Of a stretch of DNA of 64,000 nucleotides, positions 1-8,465 are shown in pieces. Each line of letters opens with the position of its first letter. The stretch's first letter is position 1. This stretch comes from Candidatus Bathyarchaeota archaeon. Lineage in GTDB: Archaea > Thermoproteota > Bathyarchaeia > Hecatellales > Hecatellaceae. A model generated the notes under the pieces. The model saw only the letters and a program-made list of their open reading frames with translations, had not been told where the DNA came from and searched no databases. Position numbers and translations under genes: made by a program. The stretch spans positions 115,945-179,944 of the forward strand of contig JBQPWD010000004.1 in the NCBI GenBank assembly GCA_052246995.1, given 5' to 3'.

Positions 1-3
1 ACT

Positions 4-1179
4 TTAAAAAAGTTTTTTCATTCTTTCACAAGCTTCTTTTATTTCCTCTTTTGGTCTTGTTAAGGAAAATCTTACATAGTTTTCTCCATATCTGCCAAAA
101 CCAATTCCAGGTGTTGCTACAACACCAGCCTCTAAAAGTTTTTTTGTAAACTCTATTGAGCTTTGTTTAATATTTACCCAAACATAGAAAGTTGCTTTTG
201 GTTTTTTGCATTTTATTCCTAAGCTTTCTAACCCCTTAACTAAGGTATCTCTCCTTTCTCTGTAAATTTTGTTTAACTCTTCTACATGTTTTGGCTGTTC
301 ACCATTTTCAGGATAGCTTTTTAAGGCTACTGCCGCAGCTTTTTGAATATACTTTGGTGGTCCTGAGTCTATTTGGGTTTTAACTTTAACTAAGCCTTCT
401 ATAAGCTTTCTACTTCCAACGGCAAATCCTATCCTATCCCCAGTCATACAAAATGTTTTTGAGCATGAGTGAAATTCCACTGCAACATCCATAGCCTCAT
501 CAACCTCAAGGATGCTTGGAGCTTTATAACCATCAAAGCTTATCTCGGAGTAGGCGTTATCATAACATATAATTGTGTTATTTTCCTTTGCAACCTCAAC
601 AATCTCTTTAAGAAACTTTTTATCAACAACAGCAGTCGTTGGATTGTTTGGGTAGTTTAAGAACATCATTCTTACATTTTTCTGGGAAGCTAAAAACTCA
701 ACATCAGGTTTAAACTCGTTTTCCTCGGTTAAAGGCATGAAAACAGGTACACCCTCGCTTAAAATTGTTCCACCATAAGCATAAACAGGGTATGCTGGAT
801 CAGGAACTAGCACTTTATCACCAGGGTTAACAAAAGCTCTTGTAATGTTTGCAATACCCTCCTTGGAGCCAATTAAGGCTACAACCTCCTTTTCAGGGTT
901 TAAATCTACTCTAAATCTTCGCTTATACCATTCTGTAACAGCTTCCTTAAATTCTAATTCTCCTTGACTAAAAGAGTATCTATGGTTCTCCGGGTTTTCA
1001 ACTTCCTTTTTTAATGTTTCCACCACAAATTGTGGAGGGGGAAGGTCTGGGTCACCTATACTAAGCGAGATAAGGTTTACACCCTGTCTCTTCTTTTCAA
1101 GAATTATTTTTTCAATTTCGGCAAAAAGGTATGGTGGAAGTTTTTTTATTCTTTCAGCAAAAAATATTTTTTCCTCCAA
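4..1179 (-). CDS. dapL: class I/II PLP aminotransferase, LL-diaminopimelate aminotransferase (DapL)-like
   Basis: 391-aa ORF. Shows 'RIKKLPPYLFAEI' N-terminus, 'NYPNNPT', and the PLP-Lys context 'HSCSKTFCMTGDRIG'. It is the last gene of a same-strand dapA-dapB-lysA-dapF run, which is why I prefer DapL over a generic AspAT. Confidence 0.7.
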   Translation of the reverse strand: MEEKIFFAERIKKLPPYLFAEIEKIILEKKRQGVNLISLSIGDPDLPPPQFVVETLKKEVENPENHRYSFSQGELEFKEAVTEWYKRRFRVDLNPEKEVVALIGSKEGIANITRAFVNPGDKVLVPDPAYPVYAYGGTILSEGVPVFMPLTEENEFKPDVEFLASQKNVRMMFLNYPNNPTTAVVDKKFLKEIVEVAKENNTIICYDNAYSEISFDGYKAPSILEVDEAMDVAVEFHSCSKTFCMTGDRIGFAVGSRKLIEGLVKVKTQIDSGPPKYIQKAAAVALKSYPENGEQPKHVEELNKIYRERRDTLVKGLESLGIKCKKPKATFYVWVNIKQSSIEFTKKLLEAGVVATPGIGFGRYGENYVRFSLTRPKEEIKEACERMKKLF

Positions 1180-1191
1180 GATTATCCGCCT

Positions 1192-2031
1192 CTAAAATAG
1201 TTTACCTTCAAACACTTTTTCAACAGAACCCTCAAGAAAAACTCTTCCAGAGTATTCAACATTTAAGTCTCCACCAACCAGGTGAACAACAACTTTTTTA
1301 CCAACCTTTCCAAGCAGATTTCCAGCAACAACAATAGCACAAGCCCCCGTGCCACATGCAAAAGTTTCACCACAACCTCTTTCCCAAACCCTAGCTTTTA
1401 ATTCTTCAGCATTTAAAACTTTAACAAACTCAACATTAATTTTTTTAGGGAAAAGTTTATGATTTTCTATTAACGGCCCAAACTTTTCAACTGGAAAATT
1501 TTCTACTTCATCCAAGAAAATAACACAATGTGGGTTACCGAGAGAAAGACATGTTATGCTAAATTTTTTATCTTCAACTTTTAACTCTTCGTTTACACAT
1601 AAACCGTCTCCAACCATAGGAATGTATCTTTTTTCAAAAATTGGATAGCCAACATCAACTTTTACAGATTTAACTTCAGTACCACTTAATTTTAACCAAA
1701 CTTTTTTAACTCCAGCTAAGGTTTCAACATCAAACTCCTCTTTTAACACAATATTGTTTTCATAACAATACTTTGCTAGACATCTAATCCCGTTACCACA
1801 CATTTCAGCCTCACTACCATCAGAATTAAAAATCCTCATTTTAACATCAGCCATAGATGAATTTTCAACAAAGATTAATCCGTCAGCTCCAACAGAAAAT
1901 CTTCTTTTACAAAGCTTAGAAGCTAAACTGGGTTTTTCACTTTCACTAACAATGCCTTCCCTGTTATCTACAACTATATAGTCGTTTCCAAGTGCGTGCA
2001 TTTTCCAAAATTTTAAACCAGCTAAAACCAA
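1192..2031 (-). CDS. dapF: diaminopimelate epimerase
   Basis: 279 aa. Has 'KMHALGNDYIVVD' and both catalytic-Cys contexts, 'MCGNGIRC' and 'FACGTGACA'. The first codon of the track ORF is TTG. Confidence 0.9.
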   Translation of the reverse strand: MVLAGLKFWKMHALGNDYIVVDNREGIVSESEKPSLASKLCKRRFSVGADGLIFVENSSMADVKMRIFNSDGSEAEMCGNGIRCLAKYCYENNIVLKEEFDVETLAGVKKVWLKLSGTEVKSVKVDVGYPIFEKRYIPMVGDGLCVNEELKVEDKKFSITCLSLGNPHCVIFLDEVENFPVEKFGPLIENHKLFPKKINVEFVKVLNAEELKARVWERGCGETFACGTGACAIVVAGNLLGKVGKKVVVHLVGGDLNVEYSGRVFLEGSVEKVFEGKLF

Positions 2032-2064
2032 AAATATAGGCCTCCTAAGAAGTTGAGGCTTCTT

Positions 2065-3348
2065 TTAAGTTAACCAGCTGGCAATTTTCTGCCCTAAAAG
2101 TAGGTTTTCAAGGTTTTCAGCCTCCCTAATCAGCTCATGTTTCCCATTCATAACTAAAACTTCAGCTCCCCGTGGTCTTGAGTTATACTGAGAACTCATA
2201 ACATATCCATAAGCACCAGCATCCATAACTGCTAAAAGGTCACCCTCCTCAACTTCAGGTAGCTTTCTATTTTTTCCAAGAAAATCTCCAGATTCACATA
2301 GTGGACCAACAACATCATAAACTTCTTTAGCTTTATGGTTTAACTTGTTAGCTACAACTATATGATGGTAAGAGTTGTACATTACAGGTCTTATAAGCAT
2401 GTTAAAACCAGCGTCAACCCCAACAAACTTTTTGTAGGGGTTAGATTTTATAGTGTTTACCCTTGTAAGAAGAACACCGGCATCACCTACAATATACCTT
2501 CCAGGTTCAATGCATAAAACAGGTTTACCTAAGTCATGCTCTTTAACCATCCTATCTAGGAAGCCAAAAACCTTATCTGAGAAAAGCTTTAAATCCAACT
2601 TTTTCTCCCCGGGTTTGTAGGGTATTCCAAGTCCACCACCAATATCTATAAGGTCAAAGGTTACTCCAACTTTTCTACGAACCTTTTTAGCTATTGTTAA
2701 AAGTTTTTTTACAGCTAAAACAAAAGGTTCAACATTCAAAATGCCAGAACCGATATGCATATGTATACCAAACTTTTTTACACCGGCTTTTAAAGCTATG
2801 CTGTAACCGTCAACAACCTCATTTTCCCAGAAACCAAACTTTGAATTTCTTCCGGCTGTTATACAATGTTGATGATGTCCAGCTTTAACTTGAGGGTTAA
2901 CCCTAAAGGAAAGAAATTCTGGAGTTGTGATTTTTAGAAGCCTTTTAAGCTGAGATGGAGAGTCAACGTTTATGGATACATTTAGCTTTACAAGAAAGTT
3001 AATCTCCTCATCCTTAACATTTGTTCCTGTGAAAAGAATTTTTTCAGGAGGGAAGCCTGCTTTTAAGGCTAGAAAAACTTCACCAGGGCTTACTGTGTCA
3101 ACGTAGGCACCTTCATCTTTAAGAATTTTTAGGACTGATAAGTTTGTGTTTGCTTTTGCAGAGTAGTATATTCTAAAGTTTTTACTGTTAAGGCTTAAAG
3201 CTTTGTAAAGCTGTTTATAGTTTTCCCTGACTTTCTTCTCGCTTAAAACGTATAATGGAGTTCCATATTTTTCAGCTAACTCTAAACTTGAAACTCCATC
3301 AATGTATAAAATACCATTCCTATTTTCAAACACTCCGGCAAGCTCCAT
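2065..3348 (-). CDS. lysA: diaminopimelate decarboxylase
   Basis: 427 aa. PLP-Lys 'YSAKANTN', plus 'IGGGLGIPY', 'IEPGRYIVG' and 'CESGDFL'. Confidence 0.9.
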   Translation of the reverse strand: MELAGVFENRNGILYIDGVSSLELAEKYGTPLYVLSEKKVRENYKQLYKALSLNSKNFRIYYSAKANTNLSVLKILKDEGAYVDTVSPGEVFLALKAGFPPEKILFTGTNVKDEEINFLVKLNVSINVDSPSQLKRLLKITTPEFLSFRVNPQVKAGHHQHCITAGRNSKFGFWENEVVDGYSIALKAGVKKFGIHMHIGSGILNVEPFVLAVKKLLTIAKKVRRKVGVTFDLIDIGGGLGIPYKPGEKKLDLKLFSDKVFGFLDRMVKEHDLGKPVLCIEPGRYIVGDAGVLLTRVNTIKSNPYKKFVGVDAGFNMLIRPVMYNSYHHIVVANKLNHKAKEVYDVVGPLCESGDFLGKNRKLPEVEEGDLLAVMDAGAYGYVMSSQYNSRPRGAEVLVMNGKHELIREAENLENLLLGQKIASWLT

Positions 3349-3370
3349 TCAACCACCAATAAGTTATAGG

Positions 3371-4180
3371 TTAAAGAGGATTTTCAAGCACATCTTCCAT
3401 GGTGTATATTTTAGGCTCACTCTGCCTGTATAACCATTCCGCGGCGTAAAGTGCTCCTTGAGCAAAAACGCTTCTTGAAAAAGCTAGATGCTCAATTTTT
3501 ATCATTTCATAGGGACCTGCAACAATTAACTCATGAATTCCTGGGATACCTCCACCCCTAACCGAGAAAACCTCAATTTCCTCTGGTTTTCTTTTGCTAA
3601 ACCCTGTTCTACCATAAACTTTTTCCTTATACCCTCTGATGGAGGAAACAATGCTTAAAATTTTTTCAGCAGTCCCGCTTGGAGCGTCTACCTTACCCTT
3701 ATGGTGAGCTTCAACAACACTTACATCATATTCTGCTGGAAGAATTTTGCATAGTTGACTTATAACCTTAAAAAGAATGTTTACACCTAAAGAAAAGTTT
3801 GGGGAAAATATTGCTGGAACTTTTCCTTTAACAGCCTCTTCAACAATTTTTCTTTGTTCATCGTTTAAACCTGTTGTTCCCACAACAATTTTTACCCCAT
3901 GTTCAGCAACTACAGGAATGTTTGAAACTTCAGCTTGGGGTGTGGTAAAGCTAATGTATACTTCAGCGTCTTTTAAAGCATCTTTTAGCCTATCGGCACC
4001 AACAACCTTTAAATCTAAGTTTGCAATTCCAAGCTCAAAAAGAGATTTACCTATTGTTTCCTCACCAGGTGCAGCAACCGCACCAACAATTTTAAAGCCT
4101 CCTCTAATTAAAGCCTCCTTTATCAGAGTGCTACCCATTCTTCCAGTAGCGCCGACAACACAAATCTTAATATTCCTCAT
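3371..4180 (-). CDS. dapB: 4-hydroxy-tetrahydrodipicolinate reductase
   Basis: 'VVGATGRMG' dinucleotide fold and signature 'EAHHKGKVDAPSGTA'. The track ORF begins at 4195, but the MRNIKICVVG Met at 4180 fits the family N-terminus better. Confidence 0.9.
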   Translation of the reverse strand: MRNIKICVVGATGRMGSTLIKEALIRGGFKIVGAVAAPGEETIGKSLFELGIANLDLKVVGADRLKDALKDAEVYISFTTPQAEVSNIPVVAEHGVKIVVGTTGLNDEQRKIVEEAVKGKVPAIFSPNFSLGVNILFKVISQLCKILPAEYDVSVVEAHHKGKVDAPSGTAEKILSIVSSIRGYKEKVYGRTGFSKRKPEEIEVFSVRGGGIPGIHELIVAGPYEMIKIEHLAFSRSVFAQGALYAAEWLYRQSEPKIYTMEDVLENPL

Positions 4181-5204
4181 AGTATAAGCCCTCAAGATAC
4201 CTTTTAGCGTTTAACCTTTCTTCAAGTTTAACATCAAAAAAAGATTCTATAGGCTGAAGAATTTCCGGGTTTTCGTTGTATACTTTTTTTACCTGAGTTA
4301 AAACAATGTTTAAGGCTTTTTTAGTAAGTTTACCCAGTGGAGGTCTACATGGTCCCGCTGGCATTCCAAGAATGTTCATTAAAGTTTTATAGGGTAAAGG
4401 ATTCCTAGCTCTACATGAAACAACTCCAAAACTAGTTTCCTCGTCTGTTTTAACAGTAACAATTTGAAATAGGGGGTTGAGTGCTTTTAAAAGCTTGTTA
4501 GCTTTTTCAAGATTTTTGTTTCTTAACGATTCAACAAGCTCTTGAATAGCTTTAGGAACTATGTTTGAAGCTACGGAAATAACTCCACTAGCATTAATTT
4601 CAGGGTCAAGAATCATCTGGTAGGTTTTGTCATCATCACCGGAAAGAATGTCAAAATCAGGTCCACAAAGTTTTCTTGTAAGCTTCATGTTTTCAAAGTT
4701 TCCAGTAGCCTCCTTAACAGCATTAACATTTGGAAGTTTTTTATGTAAAATTGCAAGGTCTTGTGGTAAAAGTTGAGTACCTGTCCTTCCAGGAATAACG
4801 TAGGGGATTATTTGGGCTTCAGGAAAACTTTTTGCTATAGGTTCAATGTATTCTCTTCTTATTTCAAGAGAGCTTGGACCGTTATAGTATGGGTCTACAA
4901 GTAGAAAGTTTTTTACACCAAAATCTAATGAATGTCTTGTAGCCTCCAGTGCTTCTTGAGTACTATTACTTCCAGTTCCGGCTATAGTTACACATCTTCC
5001 ACCAGCATACTCAAAAGCTTTTTCAATAACTTTTTCATGTTCAGCCCATGTTAATGTTGGACTTTCACCCGTTGTTCCCACAATCACAATACCTGAAACT
5101 CTCTCTTCAACTTGAAACTCGACAAGGCTTTTTAGTCCTTCAAAATCTACTTCCATGTTTTTCTTCATGGGGGTTATTATCGCAGTATAGCATCCACTAA
5201 ACAA
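4167..5204 (-). CDS. dapA: 4-hydroxy-tetrahydrodipicolinate synthase
   Basis: 345 aa. Has 'VGTTGESPTL', 'GTGSNST' and the Schiff-base Lys in 'AVKEATG'. The C-terminus looks some tens of residues longer than I expect for DapA. Confidence 0.9.
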   Translation of the reverse strand: MFSGCYTAIITPMKKNMEVDFEGLKSLVEFQVEERVSGIVIVGTTGESPTLTWAEHEKVIEKAFEYAGGRCVTIAGTGSNSTQEALEATRHSLDFGVKNFLLVDPYYNGPSSLEIRREYIEPIAKSFPEAQIIPYVIPGRTGTQLLPQDLAILHKKLPNVNAVKEATGNFENMKLTRKLCGPDFDILSGDDDKTYQMILDPEINASGVISVASNIVPKAIQELVESLRNKNLEKANKLLKALNPLFQIVTVKTDEETSFGVVSCRARNPLPYKTLMNILGMPAGPCRPPLGKLTKKALNIVLTQVKKVYNENPEILQPIESFFDVKLEERLNAKRYLEGLYYEEY

Positions 5205-5316
5205 ATTAAATCACTTCGTAATTTAACCAAACTAACACATTCATATTGGCTTCTCAAATTTATATCTTTATCGAACTGGATCTAATGAGTTAAAAGGCGA
5301 GTTTAAATCCTATAAC

Positions 5317-5412
5317 TGGTGCCGGGGGAGGGTTTTGAACCCTCGGCCTCTGGATTATGAGTCCAGCGCTTTAGCCTGTTTTAGCCCATCTAACCAGCTG
5401 AGCTACCCCGGC
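5317..5412 (-). tRNA. tRNA with CAU anticodon (elongator Met or Ile2), apparent 19-nt intron in the D-arm, encoded CCA
   Basis: The reverse complement reads GCCGGGG TA GCTC AGCTGGTTA GA[TGGGCTAAAACAGGCTAAA]GC G CTGGA CTCATAA TCCAG AGGCC GAGGG TTCAAAA CCCTC CCCCGGC A CCA. Removing the bracketed 19 nt gives a 77-nt cloverleaf. G1-C72 and the anticodon stem argue against an initiator tRNA. Confidence 0.8.
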
Positions 5413-5427
5413 TTTTTGGTAGTTAAT

Positions 5428-5437
5428 TATTTAAATA
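5428..5437. promoter_or_regulatory. palindromic TATA-like element between divergent tRNA(CAU) and pgk
   Basis: Perfect 10-nt palindrome TATTTAAATA. It lies 16-25 nt upstream of the tRNA 5' end and 52 nt upstream of the pgk ATG. Confidence 0.3.
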
Positions 5438-5488
5438 GGGTTGTATTGATTTAAAGTTTAATTTTGATTTTGCTGTGGAAGAGGCGCG

Positions 5489-6733
5489 ATGGCAAATAAC
5501 GAGTTTATGTACTTGGATGATGTTGATGTTAAAGGTTTAAGTGTTTTTGTTAGAGTTGACTTTAATTCTCCAATAAATCCGTCAACAGGCGAAATTCTTG
5601 ATGATTTAAGAATTAAGGCTACAATACCTACGCTTGAGGCTTTAAAAGAGGCTAAGGTTGTTGTTGGATCTCATCAGGGTAGACCTTTACAGGATGATTT
5701 TACAACGTTGGAAGGACATGCTGAAATTTTGGATAAGTATCTTAAAGATGTTTATGTAAAGTTTGTTGATGATGTTATTGGACCTAAAGCTTTAGAGGAA
5801 ATTAAAAAGCTTAAGGCTGGGGAGGTTCTTGTTCTTGACAATTTAAGATTGTGTGCTGAGGAAAATATTGAAGCTTCTGCTCAAAAACTTGTTAATACAA
5901 TTTTTGTTAAAAGGCTTAAACCACTGTTTAACCTTTATGTTAATGATGCGTTCTCGGTTTCTCATCGTTCCCAGGCATCAATTGTGGGTTTGCCTTTAGT
6001 TTTACCTGGTGTTGCGGGAAAGGTGTTAAAGGAGGAAATTAAAGCTTCAGAGTTTATTTTAAACAACAAGAAAAAACCTCACATCTATGTTTTAGGTGGA
6101 TCTAAAGTTGAAGATAAATTTGGGATTATAGAATATGGGTTAAAACACGGGAAAGGGGACCTTTTCCTGCTTGGTGGAGTTTTAGCTGAAGTGTTTCTTA
6201 AAGCTAAAGGATATAGTTTAGGTGTAGAAAACGAGAAAAAGCTTGAAAAATTTGGCTCCTATGTAGAGAAGGCTAAAGAGTGTCTTGAAAAGTATGGTGA
6301 AAAAATTGTTTTACCGTTAGATTTAGCTTTAAAGGTAGGTGGTAAAAGAGTAGAAAAGGATGTTAAAAACCTTCCAGGTTCAGGTGTGATAATGGATTTA
6401 GGTTCTGAAACAATTAAAAATTACAGCAACATTCTTAAAGATGCAGAAATTATAGTGGCTACAGGACCTCTTGGAGTTTTTGAGGAAAAAGGTTTTGAAG
6501 AGGGGACAAAAAGGATGCTTGAAGCTATGGTGAAAAGCAAGGCTTACACGGTAATTGGCGGTGGACATCTTGGAGGGCTAGCAGAAATGCTTGGGTTAAA
6601 AGATAAAATAAGACATATAAGCACGGCTGGAGGAGCAATGTTAGCATACATTCAAGGAAAATCCTTACCAGGAATAGAATCATTAAAAGAATCGGCAAAA
6701 AGATTTAAGGAAGTCGTTAAACATAAAAAATAA
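5489..6733 (+). CDS. pgk: phosphoglycerate kinase
   Basis: 414 aa. Has 'VRVDFNSP', 'GSHQGRP', 'AFSVSHRSQAS' and 'ISTAGGAMLAY'. Confidence 0.9.
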   Translation: MANNEFMYLDDVDVKGLSVFVRVDFNSPINPSTGEILDDLRIKATIPTLEALKEAKVVVGSHQGRPLQDDFTTLEGHAEILDKYLKDVYVKFVDDVIGPKALEEIKKLKAGEVLVLDNLRLCAEENIEASAQKLVNTIFVKRLKPLFNLYVNDAFSVSHRSQASIVGLPLVLPGVAGKVLKEEIKASEFILNNKKKPHIYVLGGSKVEDKFGIIEYGLKHGKGDLFLLGGVLAEVFLKAKGYSLGVENEKKLEKFGSYVEKAKECLEKYGEKIVLPLDLALKVGGKRVEKDVKNLPGSGVIMDLGSETIKNYSNILKDAEIIVATGPLGVFEEKGFEEGTKRMLEAMVKSKAYTVIGGGHLGGLAEMLGLKDKIRHISTAGGAMLAYIQGKSLPGIESLKESAKRFKEVVKHKK

Positions 6734-6770
6734 GAATACGGCTAAAATTTTAGGCAACTACGGGAAGAGA

Positions 6771-6848
6771 GCCCCGGTAGCTAAGCCAGGTTATAGCGGT
6801 GGCCTTGTAAGCCACCGGTCGTGGGTTCAAATCCCACCCGGGGCTCCA
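6771..6848 (+). tRNA. tRNA-Thr (UGU), encoded CCA
   Basis: GCCCCGG TA GCTA AGCCAGGTTA TAGC G GTGGC CTTGTAA GCCAC CGGTC GTGGG TTCAAAT CCCAC CCGGGGC T CCA. Confidence 0.9.
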
Positions 6849-6965
6849 TACTTTACTTAATCTCCAAAAATCTGAGCGGTTAAATCTCATTTTTTAATAA
6901 GTTTTGCAAATTTGTTTACCGAAAAACTTAAGATGGTTTGTCGGTACATACTTATAGGTGTCTTT

Positions 6966-7250
6966 ATGACTAGAAAGAAAAGCAGCATCTACGTTGACGT
7001 TGAACTTTGGCGTAGGCTTAAAAAGCGTGCTATGGAGGATGGGGTAGAGTTAAGCACCCTACTTGAGGAGGTTATTCGTGAGGAGTTTATGGACCATGTG
7101 GATAAAGCCTTAGAGGAGTTAGCAGGCTCTGAATTTTATGGGTTAGAATTTAAGCCTATCAAGCCTAAGCAGGGTGTTGTAAGCGAGATTGTTAGGATGA
7201 TGAGGGATGAACGGGCAAACAACGTATCTAGACACCAGTGTAATAGTTAA
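6966..7250 (+). CDS. vapB: ribbon-helix-helix antitoxin (VapB/CopG-like)
   Basis: The 'SIYVDVELWRRLKKRAMEDGVELSTLLEEVIRE' strand-helix-helix pattern. It overlaps the downstream PIN gene. The start is taken at the MTRKK Met inside the longer track ORF (6912). Confidence 0.6.
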   Translation: MTRKKSSIYVDVELWRRLKKRAMEDGVELSTLLEEVIREEFMDHVDKALEELAGSEFYGLEFKPIKPKQGVVSEIVRMMRDERANNVSRHQCNS

Positions 7251-7662
7251 AAGGTATGTTGAGGAAGCTGGTACTGATAAGGTTAGAGAGCTGTATGTTA
7301 AGGTGTATGCTGGTGATGTAAAGCTTGCTTTTAGCGTATGGAACGTCGGTGAGGTTTTAGGGGTGCTAGATAGAGCCAGACAACTAGACAGAATAAGCGA
7401 GAAGGACTACGTAAAGGCTAGGAAAGCTTTTCTTTCAGAAACAAGAAGGCTTACACGGCTTGGGTTGTTAATACTGATTCCAGTCAAGTCCATTATCCTT
7501 ATACATTCTTGGAGAATATTGGAGAAACGCCACATCTACCAAGCTGATGCACTACAAATAGCCTCAGCTAAACATGCTCATGCAACCCAATTTCTGGCAG
7601 CAGACAAAAAACTCCACGAAGTAGCCTCTAGTGAAGGCCTAAACAGCATCTGCCTAGGATAA
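7207..7662 (+). CDS. vapC: PIN-domain toxin (VapC-like)
   Basis: 151 aa. N-terminal acidic 'YLDTSVIVKRY', a later 'QADALQIASA' and a C-terminal acidic region. Paired with the upstream RHH gene. Confidence 0.7.
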   Translation: MNGQTTYLDTSVIVKRYVEEAGTDKVRELYVKVYAGDVKLAFSVWNVGEVLGVLDRARQLDRISEKDYVKARKAFLSETRRLTRLGLLILIPVKSIILIHSWRILEKRHIYQADALQIASAKHAHATQFLAADKKLHEVASSEGLNSICLG

Positions 7663-7776
7663 CTTCCAACCTTAACCTCATCCCCTTCAACTTTAAAGTT
7701 TTAAAGGATTTTTATAACATTTAACAACAAATTTTTTATACATGGTTTTATCTAAAAAGGTTAGCTGGGTGGATTT

Positions 7777-8457
7777 ATGTCTAATCAGCAGGAGCTTGTT
7801 GCTGGGCTTAAAGGGTTACGTAGAGGTGCCTTACTTGAGCTTGTGGCAACAATACTTGTACTTGTTGGTGTGGCTACAACCTTTATTAGCCTAATATTTA
7901 TGATTCCAACACTGCCCATTACCCCGTCAATAACTAGGATAATAGAAATAGTGGGAATGGTGATTGTAGGGCTAATACCAATAATTGTTGGGGGAGTGGT
8001 TAGTTTAACTGCGATAATAGTATGGTTTACAGCTACAGGACATCTTAAACGTTACAATCCAAGATGGGGGATTGGAAGAATAGGAATGTTTTTCCAGCTT
8101 ATTCCAGTATTAGCAGTTGTTGTAGCAGTTGTGTTAATGTCTATTTTAATAGTAGTCAGTAGGCAAGCTTTTCCTGTAATTTTTGGTGTTGGTATAGGGA
8201 TTCTAGCTATCATGGTTATTTTTGGCATTCTTGGTGTGGTGGGGGTGATACTTTTTACCATCATGCTGATAAGGCTTCCGGAGGATGGTAAGGTAAACCC
8301 TGGGTTTAAAACTGCAGGTATAATCTACCTTGCAGCAACAATACTGTCTCTAATACCCTATGTCAGCTTTATAGGTTTAATATTGGCAATAGTTGCAGTT
8401 ATTCTCGTCTATACTACAGCAGGGGAAAACTTAAAAACAATTCAACCAGCAACCTAA
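7777..8457 (+). CDS. multi-pass membrane protein, function unknown
   Basis: 226 aa with about 5-6 long hydrophobic segments rich in I/V/G. I recognised no catalytic motif. Confidence 0.5.
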   Translation: MSNQQELVAGLKGLRRGALLELVATILVLVGVATTFISLIFMIPTLPITPSITRIIEIVGMVIVGLIPIIVGGVVSLTAIIVWFTATGHLKRYNPRWGIGRIGMFFQLIPVLAVVVAVVLMSILIVVSRQAFPVIFGVGIGILAIMVIFGILGVVGVILFTIMLIRLPEDGKVNPGFKTAGIIYLAATILSLIPYVSFIGLILAIVAVILVYTTAGENLKTIQPAT

Positions 8458-8465
8458 ACTAGTTT

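Noticed and set aside
3777-4187. 136-aa plus-strand ORF antisense to dapB. The same kind of ORF occurs at 23832-24242, 25611-26135, 53166-53639 and 34507-35023.
   Set aside because: All lie entirely inside well-supported genes on the opposite strand. They have low-complexity, Ser/Thr/Pro/Ile-rich translations and no motifs, so they are classic shadow ORFs.
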